A stretch of DNA of 63,050 bases, counting the filler, from Globobulimina sp. (Eukaryota): the NCBI GenBank assembly GCA_003354225.1. It is 34 parts of 34 records of this genome, joined end to end, with 100 filler letters (N's around TTAATTAATTAA, not from the genome) between each part and the next. Parts side by side here need not be neighbours in the genome. Positions count along the whole stretch, not along the records: positions 9,295 to 11,052 come from PIVH01012276.1; positions 11,153 to 12,910 come from PIVH01012277.1; positions 13,011 to 14,768 come from PIVH01012278.1; positions 14,869 to 16,626 come from PIVH01012279.1; positions 16,727 to 18,484 come from PIVH01012280.1; positions 18,585 to 20,342 come from PIVH01012281.1; positions 20,443 to 22,200 come from PIVH01012282.1; positions 22,301 to 24,058 come from PIVH01012283.1; 26 more parts are not named here. One strand, written 5' to 3'. The notes beneath the pieces are model-generated. The model saw only the letters and a list, made by a program, of their open reading frames with translations. It had not been told where the DNA came from and searched no databases. The position numbers and the translations under genes were made by a program. Shown in pieces: positions 10,853 to 24,158 of this stretch; position 1 is the first letter of the stretch, and each line of letters begins with the position of its first letter.

Positions 10853-11219
10853 ACTACTTGTTGCCACTTTAAAATATATTGCAAGAGAAAGACAGTCCAA
10901 CATATACAAACATACTACAACATTATTCATCCATTCGCCCGTCAATGGCGCGTGGGTCGTAGCGCCATGTATCTTTTTCGCTTTTTGGCGTCTAAAGTGA
11001 TTTTTATAGTTAAATTTCGATATAATACAGTCAGGGCATAGTTGCGTTTGGGNNNNNNNNNNNNNNNNNNNNNNNNNNNNNNNNNNNNNNNNNNNNTTAA
11101 TTAATTAANNNNNNNNNNNNNNNNNNNNNNNNNNNNNNNNNNNNNNNNNNNNACACCCAAATGGTTTAACAATTTCCTCATGGTTTTATTTGTCCGCTCG
11201 CTACCTGCGACCAACGCGC

Positions 11220-12838
11220 ATCGTTGCCAATAATAGCAATATTAATGACATTTATTCTGTGCTCCAACCAACACCGGATATTGCACTGACGTCGAGTTAT
11301 ATGTAGTAATTGTGGCCTCTTGTCATGCGATACAGGGACATATGCTGATTACACTCCGTGTTGTTGGGGTTACGCTGCTGATTATGGTGCCTCTGGTTTT
11401 GAATGTTGCAAAGCCAGCTGCCAAAGCAATGCGTGTTGGACAAATTGTCCCTTTACAGGCGGTACCTTAGTACGGCAATTACCGCAAAATATACAGCCAA
11501 ATGTAATCTATTGCAACACAAATATATTGACCGCCACTACAAACGGGGCAAACGCTGCTGATTATATCGCGTATTACTCATTAACCACATCAGATCCATA
11601 TTTGTCAGGTGTTAATATCCAATTTGACTCATGCGATTCGTCCTTTGATACTGAATTATATTTATTTGATGCAACTGGCACATTGTTACAAAATAACGGC
11701 GACTCTGATGACTGTGGTTTTAACTCACATCAATCGCAATTAATTTATGCAGACACCGGCTCTCAAACATATATTATTAAACTCATTGGCGTCGATGATT
11801 CACAATATGGCAGTTATTATATCAATGTGCAGTGTACAGCAATCAATACATTTCAACCGACCAAATTGCCCACTTCACCCCCCACAAATTTACCCACTTC
11901 AACCCCTACAAATATCCCATCATTAATCCCAACCAATATCCCTTCAAACTCGCCCACAAATAATCCTTCATTAATACCCACCAATGGCCCTACAATAATA
12001 CCTACGTTTTCTCCGTCAATAATACCAACCGTTTCTCCTTCATTAATACCAACTGTTTCTCCTTCATTTGAACCTACGATCTCTCCTTCATTAATACCAA
12101 CAAATGTCGCTTCCAAAACCTACGAATATGCCGATTGATATATCGAGTTTGAAGGAAGCGGTGTCGAGGAATAACTATACTGTGCCGGCTATTTTTATCA
12201 TAGTGTTTTTAATTATTGTTTTAAGTGCGATTAGTATATGTTTATTATGCTATTATTGTAAAAAACGGAAAGTAGATAAAATTGTAACAAATAATATTAT
12301 TAATGGACAAACAGATGTTATTCGTATGGAAACAGTGAATAGTTTGTCTCATATCGATTCAAATGAACTTAATATTGGTGATTTACCCATTGATGAAAAT
12401 GGATATGTTTATAATGATGAATCTGATGACGAAATTGGAGTAAATACAAAAGGTATAGCGGAGAATTTAAATGAAGCACATTTTAATATGAAAAATAGAG
12501 AAAACGATGAGGTATATTTATGGTTGAATGGTGTGCATATGGTTGGATGTGGAGAATATTATGATTTATTTATGCGGAGTGGATATGTGACATTAGAAAT
12601 GATTAAAGGCATCGATGGAGAACAGGTATTATATGATTTGGGTATTAGTTTAAGTGCGCATGTTGAGGCATTGTATGAAGCGATTTTAAAATTAAAAGTG
12701 GAATATGAAGGGAATGTGGATGTGGATGTGAATGATATTCAGTATGTATATGAAGGTGGTGGCGGTACAGAAGAAGAAGGGGATGATGCGGATGATGATA
12801 TTGTTAATTATATTAATGATCAGCATACTACAACCTAG
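11220..12838 (+). pseudogene. Cell-surface protein (Cys-rich, PPC-like domain, PT/PS mucin repeats, TM, SAM), frameshifted
   Basis: DSCDSSFDTELYLFD domain, PTxxP repeats, TM (IFIIVFLIIVLSAISICLLC), SAM-like EVYLWL...LGI. There is a frame change near 12104-12138 and a disrupted signal-peptide region. Confidence 0.6.
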
Positions 12839-13010
12839 TGGGGTCAAGACCCTGTAACCCTTGGGAAAAACGTTCTGCAAATGCGAGTGCAAAGATAAAA
12901 ATAAAAAACTNNNNNNNNNNNNNNNNNNNNNNNNNNNNNNNNNNNNNNNNNNNNTTAATTAATTAANNNNNNNNNNNNNNNNNNNNNNNNNNNNNNNNNN
13001 NNNNNNNNNN

Positions 13011-13436
13011 ACAGCTTAAGCATGCCAAACGATATAGACAGCAGAAATTCTTTGGTGGAGGAACTGTATCTACAACGACAATCTGTGCGTTGTTGTTGCA
13101 TTCGTATACATATTTCTGTGATGCCGGTTGCTGAATATGTTGTTGTTGGTATGCTGGGTATGCGGATCCTTGCAGCTGTGTAGGAGGTACTTGGTAAGAA
13201 AGCACTACTGGCTGTTGTTGGATTTGCTGTGTTGCCAGTGGTTGATGTGTGGATTGAATATATTGATATTGTTGTTGAGAAACAATTGGCTGTATTGGAA
13301 GTTGCTGGGCTGTCGCTTGTGGAGAATATGCTGGCGGCGGAGCAACTACATTAATTTGGGGAGAATACGCTGTATATGCTGGAGGTGGTTGGTCAGCACC
13401 TTCTGGTTGCAATTGATTAGCACCGGGTTCGTACAT
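13011..13436 (-). CDS. P/Q/Y-rich protein with PPxY motifs, N-terminal fragment
   Basis: Two PPPAY motifs and a Q-rich region, followed by a Cys-rich segment cut by the contig end. Confidence 0.6.
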
Positions 13437-14868
13437 CCAATTCTGTTGGAAAATTAAAATATTTTGTCGATGATTGTAAGTCGCATTACAAATTATATGT
13501 TTTTGTTTCAATTGTCAAAAATTGGGCATAAGGAAAAAGCAAAAAGGAAATAATTGAATTGTTTTTACATAACTGTAGATTCTCAGAGTCTTGATATTTT
13601 AAGAAGATATTTTTGGCATAAAATTATAGGCAAATTATCTATTTTTATAATTATGAATGCACAGCAGCTGAAGTCAAGAAATCGCGGTGAGACTGCAAAA
13701 ACTGTGAAGCAGCAGCCATGGGCCTGCAGAACAGTAAAGCACCAAAAGACGAATGCAACTTCAACGTATCATCCAACGCAACTGTTGAAAGAAACGCAGT
13801 TAATAATAATACTTCTAAATTAGGCCAAGGATATTTCGAGAAATGTGAAGAAGAAAATGAAAAGCGGAGGCGCGCGGCTATAAATTGGATGGCAGTTTGG
13901 ATGGTGAATTTGGAGAAAAAAACCCTCCGCATGGTTTTCAATTTTCTGGATATATGAAAGGATGTACCGGTATTGTTTGGAAAAAAAAGGATAGTTCATG
14001 CAGTTCATGGGTAGGACAATCTGGTTACTGCGCCAAATGTGGCTTCTCCCTCTTTCATTACGCCGACCAAATGTGCACTGTGCAAAAAGAAAAACATCCT
14101 CTTTGGATTGGTGATCACGGAAATAACAAATCCGATCCCCTTAATTTAATACCGAAGTAATACAACATGATACGTTTGGTAAAGTGTTTCTGCTTTGTTC
14201 GCAATTCAGTCTGCAGATCCCATGAATCTTTGAAGCAACGGAAAACATAAAAATCAATATCAAAAGGCAGTTGACTTTTTAGGCTTAAACTTCTAAACAC
14301 TTCTTTTGTGATTTGCAAGGTTTTTGGGTTAGCTAGAGTGGTTTTCAACTTTGAATACTAGGATTCGAATACTAGGTCAACTTCAAATACTAGGTTGAAA
14401 TGATATTTTGTGGCCATCCGGTTGGATTAAAGGACTTAAAGGTTAAATCAAATGGATAATTCCATAGAAACCCAAATTTTTGTAATGGATTTTTCCGAGA
14501 TGATTGAGATATTCCTGTTTCTACTCCTTTGACACATTTCCAATCTGCACCAAAATTAATCGAGTATTTACTGTAAATTCTGTCATACCCTGATACCTAA
14601 AATTATATGTAAATGAAGCAGATTTATTTCCTAGCAACATAGGCAAAACTACTTAACATTGCAGCTCTCCACCTGGCCATTAGCCATCAAATAAAAACAA
14701 TTATCTGCTGACATATTCAATATTTCAATTCTGCGTTCAGTTCATGTTTTTCAGTTGGAAAACTGTATNNNNNNNNNNNNNNNNNNNNNNNNNNNNNNNN
14801 NNNNNNNNNNNNTTAATTAATTAANNNNNNNNNNNNNNNNNNNNNNNNNNNNNNNNNNNNNNNNNNNN

Positions 14869-15128
14869 CCTTTTCCTTTTCCTTTTTTTTTTTTACCCAT
14901 TCCACCATTTAAAGATAAACAGACATTGACTGTAATTATCTCATCCTCTTCAAAATCATTCAAATTATCAAATTCTTGATTCATATCATGTCCACCAATC
15001 AACAATCTTTGCTCTTCCAATGATATTCCTTCTTTATTTAAAATAAATGATTTTATTTTGGAAAGGTTATCTGACGATGATGCATTGAGTAGATATTTGT
15101 TTTTTAACCCGACAATCCAGAATTTCAT
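14869..15128 (-). CDS. Divergent ubiquitin-like domain fused to a basic tail (possibly ribosomal eS31/S27a fusion), truncated
   Basis: IKSFILNKEGISLEEQRLL...LSLNGG followed by MGKKKKGKGK. Confidence 0.65.
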
Positions 15129-15358
15129 ATTTAGTTTGGTCGATGATTGAATTGCGTTTGGCTTTAATTTAATACTGAGTAACAACAACCATTTTGACGT
15201 AATAAGTTACAACAAATGTATAAGAGTAGGATGCACAAAAACTGTTGGAAAAACTGTAAGATTATTATAAAGGCCAAAGCTGCATTTTCTCAATTTGTAT
15301 GCCCACTGCTTAGCTCTCAGGAAATTATCGGAAATTTCTGCCAATAGTAATCATAGAA

Positions 15359-16626
15359 ATGTGCGATGAATTGCCATTGGAATACGAACAACCTTTTATT
15401 GACATTTTAAACGAGATATTAAAAGACTATTTGGATCCTAATCACACCCCAAATGACATTGTTTCTATAATAACCTCCTACCTATTCTGCAATGAATATT
15501 ATTTTCGGCGAGATTGCCATATCATTGATATCGTTAATCATACGATAACATTGTATTTGTATCACAGTAAGTTTTGTATAAATTTATTTAAATTGGAATG
15601 TCCAATCGGCGGCGATGATTTTCTAAACTACATTGATTCCATTTATTCGGTCGAATCGACGCCAAATACAACAATTACAAATAACAATGCACAGACTACA
15701 AACACTGAACACGTCGACAAAGCGAACCCAATCAAAGCATGGATAGACACAGAATGTAAAGACGACGCATTTTCAAACTCAAAGTCTGCAAATATGAGGA
15801 ACCAGTCATATTTTTTAATGATGACATATTTCGAAGAAAGCAGACAAAACATAACACCGTGGTTAGTACAATGGAGATATGACAATACTAATAATTCAAC
15901 GCCGGCGCCCTATATCCAAGTGATTGCACGCATTATCTCATATCCTTCGGATTGGAATTATGTCACTCTCACTTACAAAGATAATGTGTCTGCTATTTTC
16001 TATACGTCGCAGGAACAGCACACCATTCACTTTGAGCCGCACTCGAACCCCAATGACGCTGCGGACGGCTACTCGGAGAATGTGGCAATCATTAAGTTTG
16101 GAAATGGTTTGAATTATCCATGGTTAATGTTTGGCAGCGCGGCCACCAAAGTGTTGGCTTACAGTGACATTCTGCTGTTATTCGGCAATGAATCATCGGA
16201 ATTGCTGAATGGAAACATTAATTTGCAAAGAGAGTGCGAATATTTTGTGACCAGATCCTGCAAAAACTTCACCGAAATGCGAGATCACGGAGCATTTTGG
16301 ACCACCTCTCGCGATCACATTTGCATATTCCAAATAACAGAGAAAAGAGCTTCTACCAAAACATTGTCACACGATCTGGATGAAAAAAAGGAGGAAGAAG
16401 TGGTTGACTTCAATGTTCAAAGTCAATTTGCTATCTTTAGCAATGTTGACAATGAAGGTTTTAATGCTAATATGTTGGATGTGACTGTAACCAAAAATTG
16501 GTCCAATCGGTTTCAACGTAAATATGACATTAAATATAACCATAAATTGTTCATGATCTTATATACTGAGATCAGGCATGATATAAAAACCACAGATTTG
16601 TATGCCTCATATTTGTCAGTGCTGTC
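15359..16626 (+). CDS. Hypothetical protein with F-box-like N-terminal motif, 3' truncated
   Basis: Long ORF; PNDIVSIITSYL motif. Confidence 0.6.
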
Positions 16627-16726
16627 NNNNNNNNNNNNNNNNNNNNNNNNNNNNNNNNNNNNNNNNNNNNTTAATTAATTAANNNNNNNNNNNNNNNNNN
16701 NNNNNNNNNNNNNNNNNNNNNNNNNN

Positions 16727-17555
16727 TGTGGCCTGCAACATTTATCGGGGAAAAACATATTGTTACTTCCAAGCAAACCCATTGGCGCTGTGTACCTCAC
16801 TCTCTCTCCGATGCCGAAGTAACGCAACCCACAGAGGCTGATGTTCAGCGATGCCATGCTGCGAATGATGAGGAGTTGCACATTGAATTGGAAGTGATCT
16901 CTCAAAAGCCGCGTGCCTTTGTGATAAAAAACACGTTAAGGTGAGATACTGTGTTATATGTTTGTTGTCTGTATATAATAAGAAATAACACCGTCATGTC
17001 AGTGAAGCAGAATGCGATCTGATTATAAAATTGGCGGCGTCCAAAGTAAAGAGGTCGAGAGCAGGGCAGGATGGCGGATTGGAAACAACTACGCGCACTT
17101 CGAAGAATGCGTGGTTAGGCCGTAGGGCTCATTATGTGTTGGATACTATCTATCGGAGAGCAGCGGATATAATGAATATATCGGAGAGTTTATTCCAACC
17201 AAGAAGGAAAGGCAATGTTGTGGAGGATATGCAAGTGTTGTTGTATGGCGTTGGCGAGCAATACACTCCTCATCATGACTTTGGTGCGAATGGCAGGCCA
17301 GAACAGCGATATGTCACTTTGTTGTTTTATTTGAGTGACCAGCTCGATGAGGAAAGTGGCGGAGAGACCAATTTCCCCAAAGCTGACGGTGGGAAGGGAG
17401 TGGCTGTCCATCCCGGTAAGGGGAGCAGTATAATGTTTTATAGTATATTGCCGGATGGGAATGCAGATGATAAGTCGTTGCATGCTGCCTTGCCGGTGTT
17501 GAAAGGAATTAAATGGTTGGCAAATTTTTGGGTTTGGGATCCTCAGAGATCGTGA
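16727..17555 (+). CDS. Prolyl 4-hydroxylase alpha (2OG-Fe(II) oxygenase), 5' partial, intron 16941-17002
   Basis: PRAFVIKNTLSEAEC after splicing; YTPHHD, GGETNFP, SLHAALPV and KWLANFW motifs. Confidence 0.9.
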
Positions 17556-17635
17556 GAAATATGACAAAAATTATAATATTGTTTGACAGTTAACATCCCT
17601 TTCAAGTGATTTAATAAAAATATTTTTTTAACTAA

Positions 17636-18484
17636 TTAAAAGAATGCGCAGTCAATGCTATCCAATATATCTTTGGCACTTTGGATCTGTTGTAAATTGG
17701 TTCTGTTTTGTTTCACCTTTATCATCAATTCTTTCTCCAAACTCATCAATCTTAAAACATCCTTATTCTTTGATAATACCGTTCGATGTAAATCTTTTTG
17801 TGTCTGTTATTTGTGTTTTTCATGTAACACAAGTGAACATATATAGTGCATGTATAATAAAACTAAACTGTGGATTTGAGCAAGGAATGTACCAATTTGT
17901 ACCAAATTAACATCGGAATATGATCAATAACTCTTTTTAGTACCACTTTCCAATATGCAGCAATTTTAACTGCCTCTTTAATGATTAAAATATCCTCATT
18001 ACTTTTCTCTTGTATATTATAAATAGATGCAAATCCAAACAATTCTGTGATCGGATTAGTTGTCTCTGAAATTTTTAAACGACATACTTTAATATTTTTA
18101 TCAACAATGCTTCCTTCTTTTTTATTACCGCTATAAACAAACCATTGATCAACTTGTTCAATTGATGGATCTTCCTCGTCCACATCAGTACTCTCTTCCT
18201 TCGAACACATATAATGGGATTTCGAATTTAACCCATTCGAAATGAACCACCTCGTACCACCCCAATAAGCTGAAAATTTCTTGTTTTTCTGTTGTTTGTA
18301 CCAAGGTTTATTGTTACAGCTACCTGGTTGTAATACATAATCACCATTAACAGAGGAATTAAACCCGGTTCTCCCAGAGATTTGAATTACAGTTGTTTTA
18401 ACATTTTCCTCTTCAATACCCTCTTGTTTTTGTTTGGTTATCTCATTGATGGCTGTTTCCATTTTTTCAACAGTTGTCATATCA
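17636..18484 (-). CDS. Mx-like dynamin C-terminal region (GED) with inserted domain, 5' partial, intron about 17804-17868
   Basis: AAYWKVVLKRVIDHIPMLI GED motif; the spliced last exon TQKDLHRTV...LQQIQSAKDILDSI is open to a TAA at 17636. Confidence 0.75.
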
Positions 18485-18603
18485 NNNNNNNNNNNNNNNN
18501 NNNNNNNNNNNNNNNNNNNNNNNNNNNNTTAATTAATTAANNNNNNNNNNNNNNNNNNNNNNNNNNNNNNNNNNNNNNNNNNNNTTTTAGAGTTGAAGTA
18601 AAG

Positions 18604-20342
18604 ATGAAAAAACTGTCAAAACGTCGACAAAGGCTGAATCACTTGACTGCACTCTACGTTATTCTTATCTGTTTGATATTATTTGTGTTATTTACATCGT
18701 GGTATGGATACCAATATGTCATTGATATTGATGGGTTGGATGGAAAACTGAAACTATTAACAAAAGAGTATTATGAATCAACTCAAAATAAACTTTCAAA
18801 ACAACAGCATATGAATGATATGATAAAATGGAATGACGAGACATATCTGCTTGGATATTACCATTGGATTCGTGGTTTAGGAAATAGCTATCTATCAAAT
18901 GATGATATGCAATCTTGTAAGTTCCATTATGTTCCTTACCGATTATCCAAATCGCAAGGTTTAAATAATGATCCATTTTATCAAGAGATGCATGAATGTT
19001 ATTCATGGAAATTCAGTCAAATATATGGACGCATAATCACTGTAAAGTGCAAGCATCCGAAATATGGCGTACATTATTTCGAAAATGAGACATTATTTAT
19101 TCCAGATCCCAGAGATATAAATGATAAACAATGGATAGCTTTTAATAAAACTGACCCACAGCAATATAATCCTGAATTGGATTAATATATATTACATTTA
19201 AATGGCAATACTCAAATAACATGGATTAAATGTAATTTTCATTATAATTATCATTTATCATTATTGCCATTAAAACATCATTTACCATCACAGTTTAACA
19301 AAATAAAAAAGCAATATAAAGAATTATATCATCAAAATAAAAATAAAGAAATGAAACCACCAAATATTGTTTTATTTATATTAGATTCCATGTCCCGCCA
19401 AAATTTTATGAGAGCATGCAAAGAAACAGTTAATTATTTGAATATATTAATGACGCATCAACAATCTCCAGTTTATGTATATCAATTCTTTCGTCATTCC
19501 ACTGTTGGGTGGGGCACAAATATTAACTTAGGCGCATTGTTAGGTGGCAAAGTGAGTGGTATAAACAGTGACAAATCACAATTACTTGATTTAGCTCAGT
19601 ATTTTGAGAAAATGGGTTATTATGTCCCTGGTTTCTATGAATGGAGACAACATACAAAATATAGGGCGGCATGGCAGGACGATTGGTGCTTTGCATTAAG
19701 TACCAATTTTGGAAATGAATATTGTTGGATGAAACAACGAGATGATATTGAAATGTATGTTGAATTTGTGCTGGAAAATATTAATAATTTGGCAAGTATT
19801 GATGGTTTACCATATTTTATAGTATTACATAGCATTGCTAATCATGCAGCAAATGGTGCTTACGCATGGAACTTAGATCGATATCTGAGGAAATTAGTAG
19901 AATATCTTGATTTTTCTAACACGATACTTCATATTGTGGCAGATCATGGATGTTTAGTGGGGACAGGAAGTACCACAATTTATGGTAGAATTGAAGTTAA
20001 AAATCCAATCTCAATATTAATTATTCCTAAAAATAAAACATTTTCGGAATTTGACAAATATTTATCTGTCAACCAACAACGAATGCTGACTCATTATGAT
20101 TTCCATGCATTTTATAAATCTATTCCTTTGTTGTTTGTTGATAATGGAACAAAACGTGAGTTAGTATCTGGTGATTTATATACTGCAAAATATGCAAATA
20201 TGGCAATTGGTGCAACATTGCCAATAAACAATGGAATTAAAATGTCTTCGTCTGTGATGACTCAATATATAGAAAATGACCGATCATGCATAGGAATTGA
20301 TGTTGGATTTTGTTTTTGTGACACTAAAAAAGCAGTGGGTAT
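18604..20342 (+). CDS. Type II membrane DUF229 / alkaline-phosphatase-sulfatase superfamily protein with one in-frame TAA (19183-19185)
   Basis: N-terminal TM; NIVLFILDSMSR, ADHG, NQQRMLTHYDFH and terminal FCFC motifs; both ORF halves are in the same frame. Confidence 0.75.
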
Positions 20343-21175
20343 NNNNNNNNNNNNNNNNNNNNNNNNNNNNNNNNNNNNNNNNNNNNTTAATTAATTAANN
20401 NNNNNNNNNNNNNNNNNNNNNNNNNNNNNNNNNNNNNNNNNNCTATACAAATATATGTATATAGTATGTGTGTATTTATTTATAATAACTGTATTCCCCA
20501 TAAGTAGTTTTCAGGGACTACCAACCCCAAATGGTTTTACTCGGACAGCTCTCGACAAGGTCAGGTACCAACAACCCTCCGTAATCACACAAATATACAC
20601 AAAACTTTAATTAGAACATCGCCATCCATCTCCACCGGACATGCCTTTTTTATTACGTTTAATCAATAAATTCCTCGCAGAATTCACAAATATATTTCGG
20701 TTATTTCCAATCGCGTATATTGATCCAATCAACGTGCCATTCTTTAATAATATTTGCTGAACACGACAGGTGCAGCATTGTGTCATGCATGTTGTATGAA
20801 ATTGGTCGTTGGTTTTGTATATGTTACAGATATGACAATGATAATATTTGTTGTTGCTCGCATCTCAACATACGCACGAAACGTGTGGACATAACCGATA
20901 ATGTTTTGTTTCTCATAACCGATATTTGGATCCAATCTCTCCAATGAACATTGTCAATCTCTGATCCAGTTAAGTTGACATGATGCTAAAGCAATATTTA
21001 GATGCGACTCTCAGTTTTTGAAGGATCCAGCATCATATTGTTCTATTGCGTACGTGTATTGCGTATAACACCGCAACTAAAACATTCGAAAAAAAAATGT
21101 ACATAATACCGCAAAACATTATCGTATATATAACACTATCAATAAAAGCAAGTCCAAAGCAACTTTCACAAACAA

Positions 21176-22200
21176 TCAATCCCCAAAAAACCTATCAAAG
21201 AACCCAGCCTTTTTCTTCTTCTGTGCCCCCAATATCTGCCCCGTAAACTCCACACTAACCCGACCCCGACGCTTATCCTGCTCTGACAGCTCAACCTCCA
21301 ATTCCTCCCTCAACACATTCTTATAAATCACCACCAAAACCCTCTCAAACTCATCCACCAAAATGGCGCCATCCTCTTTCCTCCCAACTCTGCCCTCCAG
21401 TTTCCATACTTTATGCTCAAAATCCGGGAAAAACTTCCTATCCTTCCTCGGCACCACCGGACATCTCCTCAAATCATCGTATTGTTCCCGAGCCAGCCCA
21501 GCCTGAGTATCGCCGTCTTGGTACGCTTTGTTATAATATTCCGCCGTTATCTTAGTGATCCTCGATATGGTCGAATAAGTTTCATACATTTTCCACAATG
21601 TCCACAGTTCGCGCAAACCTATAAACAATGTAGCTTCGTCCTTGCGAGTGGCCAGAAAATCTGCTTCCTGCTGCTCCACTTCCTGCAAACTGCGCAATGT
21701 TTCATTGTTTTCGTTGTTTAAATGGTCGATCTCCACTTGGAATGTACGCAATGTCTCCTCCAATTCGTCATTGTCTTCGCTGATTCCATCGGCTAAATCC
21801 TGCAGCTCCGCAGTGACACGTTTTAGCCGTTTGTCGTTTTCCTTGCTCACTTCGCTTAACTTATACGTGCCATAGCAGCCACAGCAGGACATCAGAATGT
21901 TTGTGCCGGACAGCACTAAAATGAGCCATTGCGTATATTGCGCCAAATCAAACTCGAATAACGAGGCAGCCCAATCCAGCAAATAGAAGATGATGGCGCC
22001 GATGGCGAGGATCATTAATAAACCAAAGCCGGTGACGATTATGAATTCTATGATTTGTAGGCTGAAACTTAGTTTTTCAGCATCTTGCAATTCGGCATCT
22101 TGCAATGCAGCATCTAGCTCTGCTGCTGTTTGTGTTTGCTTTGCGTCTTTGTTGTTTGGATCTGGTGATAGAACTTCGGTTTCGTCTTTTTTTTCAACCA
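21176..22200 (-). CDS. Membrane protein with two TM segments and a coiled coil, 5' partial
   Basis: Two hydrophobic helices, CCGCYG motif, heptad region. Confidence 0.7.
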
Positions 22201-22604
22201 NNNNNNNNNNNNNNNNNNNNNNNNNNNNNNNNNNNNNNNNNNNNTTAATTAATTAANNNNNNNNNNNNNNNNNNNNNNNNNNNNNNNNNNNNNNNNNNNN
22301 AAACAAAAAGGTATTTTAAGACATGAAGGCATTTTAAAGATTAGTTGAATGCATGTTAAAGGAATTCTAGCATATTTGATGCATTGTAAAGCGATTTGCA
22401 GAATTTGGTGATATCGGCGTGTTTTTGGCAAATTTATTGATAATTTGCAATTTATGAATAAAATTGTGAATAATAATTAAATGAATAAAATGATGGATTT
22501 TTGAGTTTGATTGATTGTTGCAGATTGTTTTGTGTTTATTTGTTATTTATGATTAAGGATAACAGTATGAAGGAGAAGTAACGACTAACGGAGTAACGTA
22601 CCTT

Positions 22605-23498
22605 TTGACTTCAATAGAACGAAAGGATGATATTGTTGGAGATATAGTAAAAGATGTAAGGTTTTTTTGGTACCAAAATAAAAACTTTCCTCAACAACTA
22701 CTAGTTCAACAAATTATGGGTCTCTCTTATTCGCTCGATCTAGAAAATACATCCAACGATGTAATGGTGAACAGTAGTAATCAAATACAGTTTGGAAGTA
22801 ATTACGACTCGGAAGAATTTCAACTTGTACAAACATTAAATCGTATGGGATTTGAGAATAAATTAGTATTAAATGCATGTAATAAATATAAAAAACCAGA
22901 AGAATTACGAAATGCCATAACCTATGTGTTATCACAAAAAAAATCTTTAAGTTTATCATCCAAAAAATCAAAATGTAGCTATGGTGAATTGCATTATTAT
23001 GATGATATCGATTATGAAATTTATGATGCCGATGATTTAATGACATCCGAACTCGAAATTGATGAAGATGGATATTATAAACTTGCTGACGAACAATCAT
23101 TAAACAGTAATAATAATAAGAATGACTATAATAATAAACGTCGTTCATCCTCTTCGTTAATCGAGGACGAAGTCATTAGGTTCCATTTGGATATACATAA
23201 AGAATCGATACAAGAACAAAGAATTATAAATGAAATGGCTCAGCAATATGAACAAGAACGAATTTATGCAGAAATGCTAGAAAATGAAGAAAAAGGTAAT
23301 ATAAAACAATGTATCTTTGAGATACAACAAAACTTACAACTGTTACAATCTTCATTTTATGCACAATGTCAATTTATATATCAAACATATCAAATGAAAT
23401 TAATTGAAAATAAAAACATGGAATTAATACAAAATGAATTTCAAAATAAAATGATAATATTAAACGGAGGTTATTTGAAACAAGGAATTTTTGGATAA
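22605..23498 (+). CDS. UBA-like domain and coiled-coil protein
   Basis: LNRMGFENKLV...AITYVL is UBA-like. Confidence 0.55.
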   Translation: MTSIERKDDIVGDIVKDVRFFWYQNKNFPQQLLVQQIMGLSYSLDLENTSNDVMVNSSNQIQFGSNYDSEEFQLVQTLNRMGFENKLVLNACNKYKKPEELRNAITYVLSQKKSLSLSSKKSKCSYGELHYYDDIDYEIYDADDLMTSELEIDEDGYYKLADEQSLNSNNNKNDYNNKRRSSSSLIEDEVIRFHLDIHKESIQEQRIINEMAQQYEQERIYAEMLENEEKGNIKQCIFEIQQNLQLLQSSFYAQCQFIYQTYQMKLIENKNMELIQNEFQNKMIILNGGYLKQGIFG

Positions 23499-24158
23499 AA
23501 ATATACGTGAATTACAAAAGTTATTTGATTCATATAATAAAAAATATGATATTGTTTGTAATGATCAAATGGAAAATTTAACAGATTTAAATATTAACGA
23601 TGTACCTGAGTATATTCCCTCTGATGTCTCGATATCGTAAGATTTTTCAAACATTCTTCGTTTTTTTTTTGTTGTTTGTGTTTTTCTCTGACATAAATGT
23701 TGAAAATGTATATTTTGTGTCTGTTTGCACATAATGTTGCATTTTGTCTATAATTTCCAATGTCAGTCTAATTTTATAATCGATACTCAACTGATTCAAA
23801 ATTGATGATTCACCAATCTTCAAATTATACTTTTTTTTTGGACTATACTTTTGTATATTAAAACTACATACAAATTACAAACTGATGCAAAGCGCAGTGA
23901 CAAACAACCATGAACTAATGCATGGTAATGGTGATCATACATGTATTAAAGTATAAATAAATAAAACAATTGACGAGGAGGAATATAAATGTTGACAAAG
24001 TCTATCTGTGGGTATTTTACGCAAATATTTGGAGTAAATTGTAGATGTAAAATGAAACNNNNNNNNNNNNNNNNNNNNNNNNNNNNNNNNNNNNNNNNNN
24101 NNTTAATTAATTAANNNNNNNNNNNNNNNNNNNNNNNNNNNNNNNNNNNNNNNNNNNN

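Noticed and set aside
18604-20342. Alternative genetic code (TAA as sense)
   Set aside because: Only one clear case; complete genes such as the S10 peptidase and TerB-like protein end in TAA, and long conserved ORFs lack internal TAA.
20490-21050. Possible degraded minus-strand coding remnant
   Set aside because: Short broken frames with no recognisable motif.
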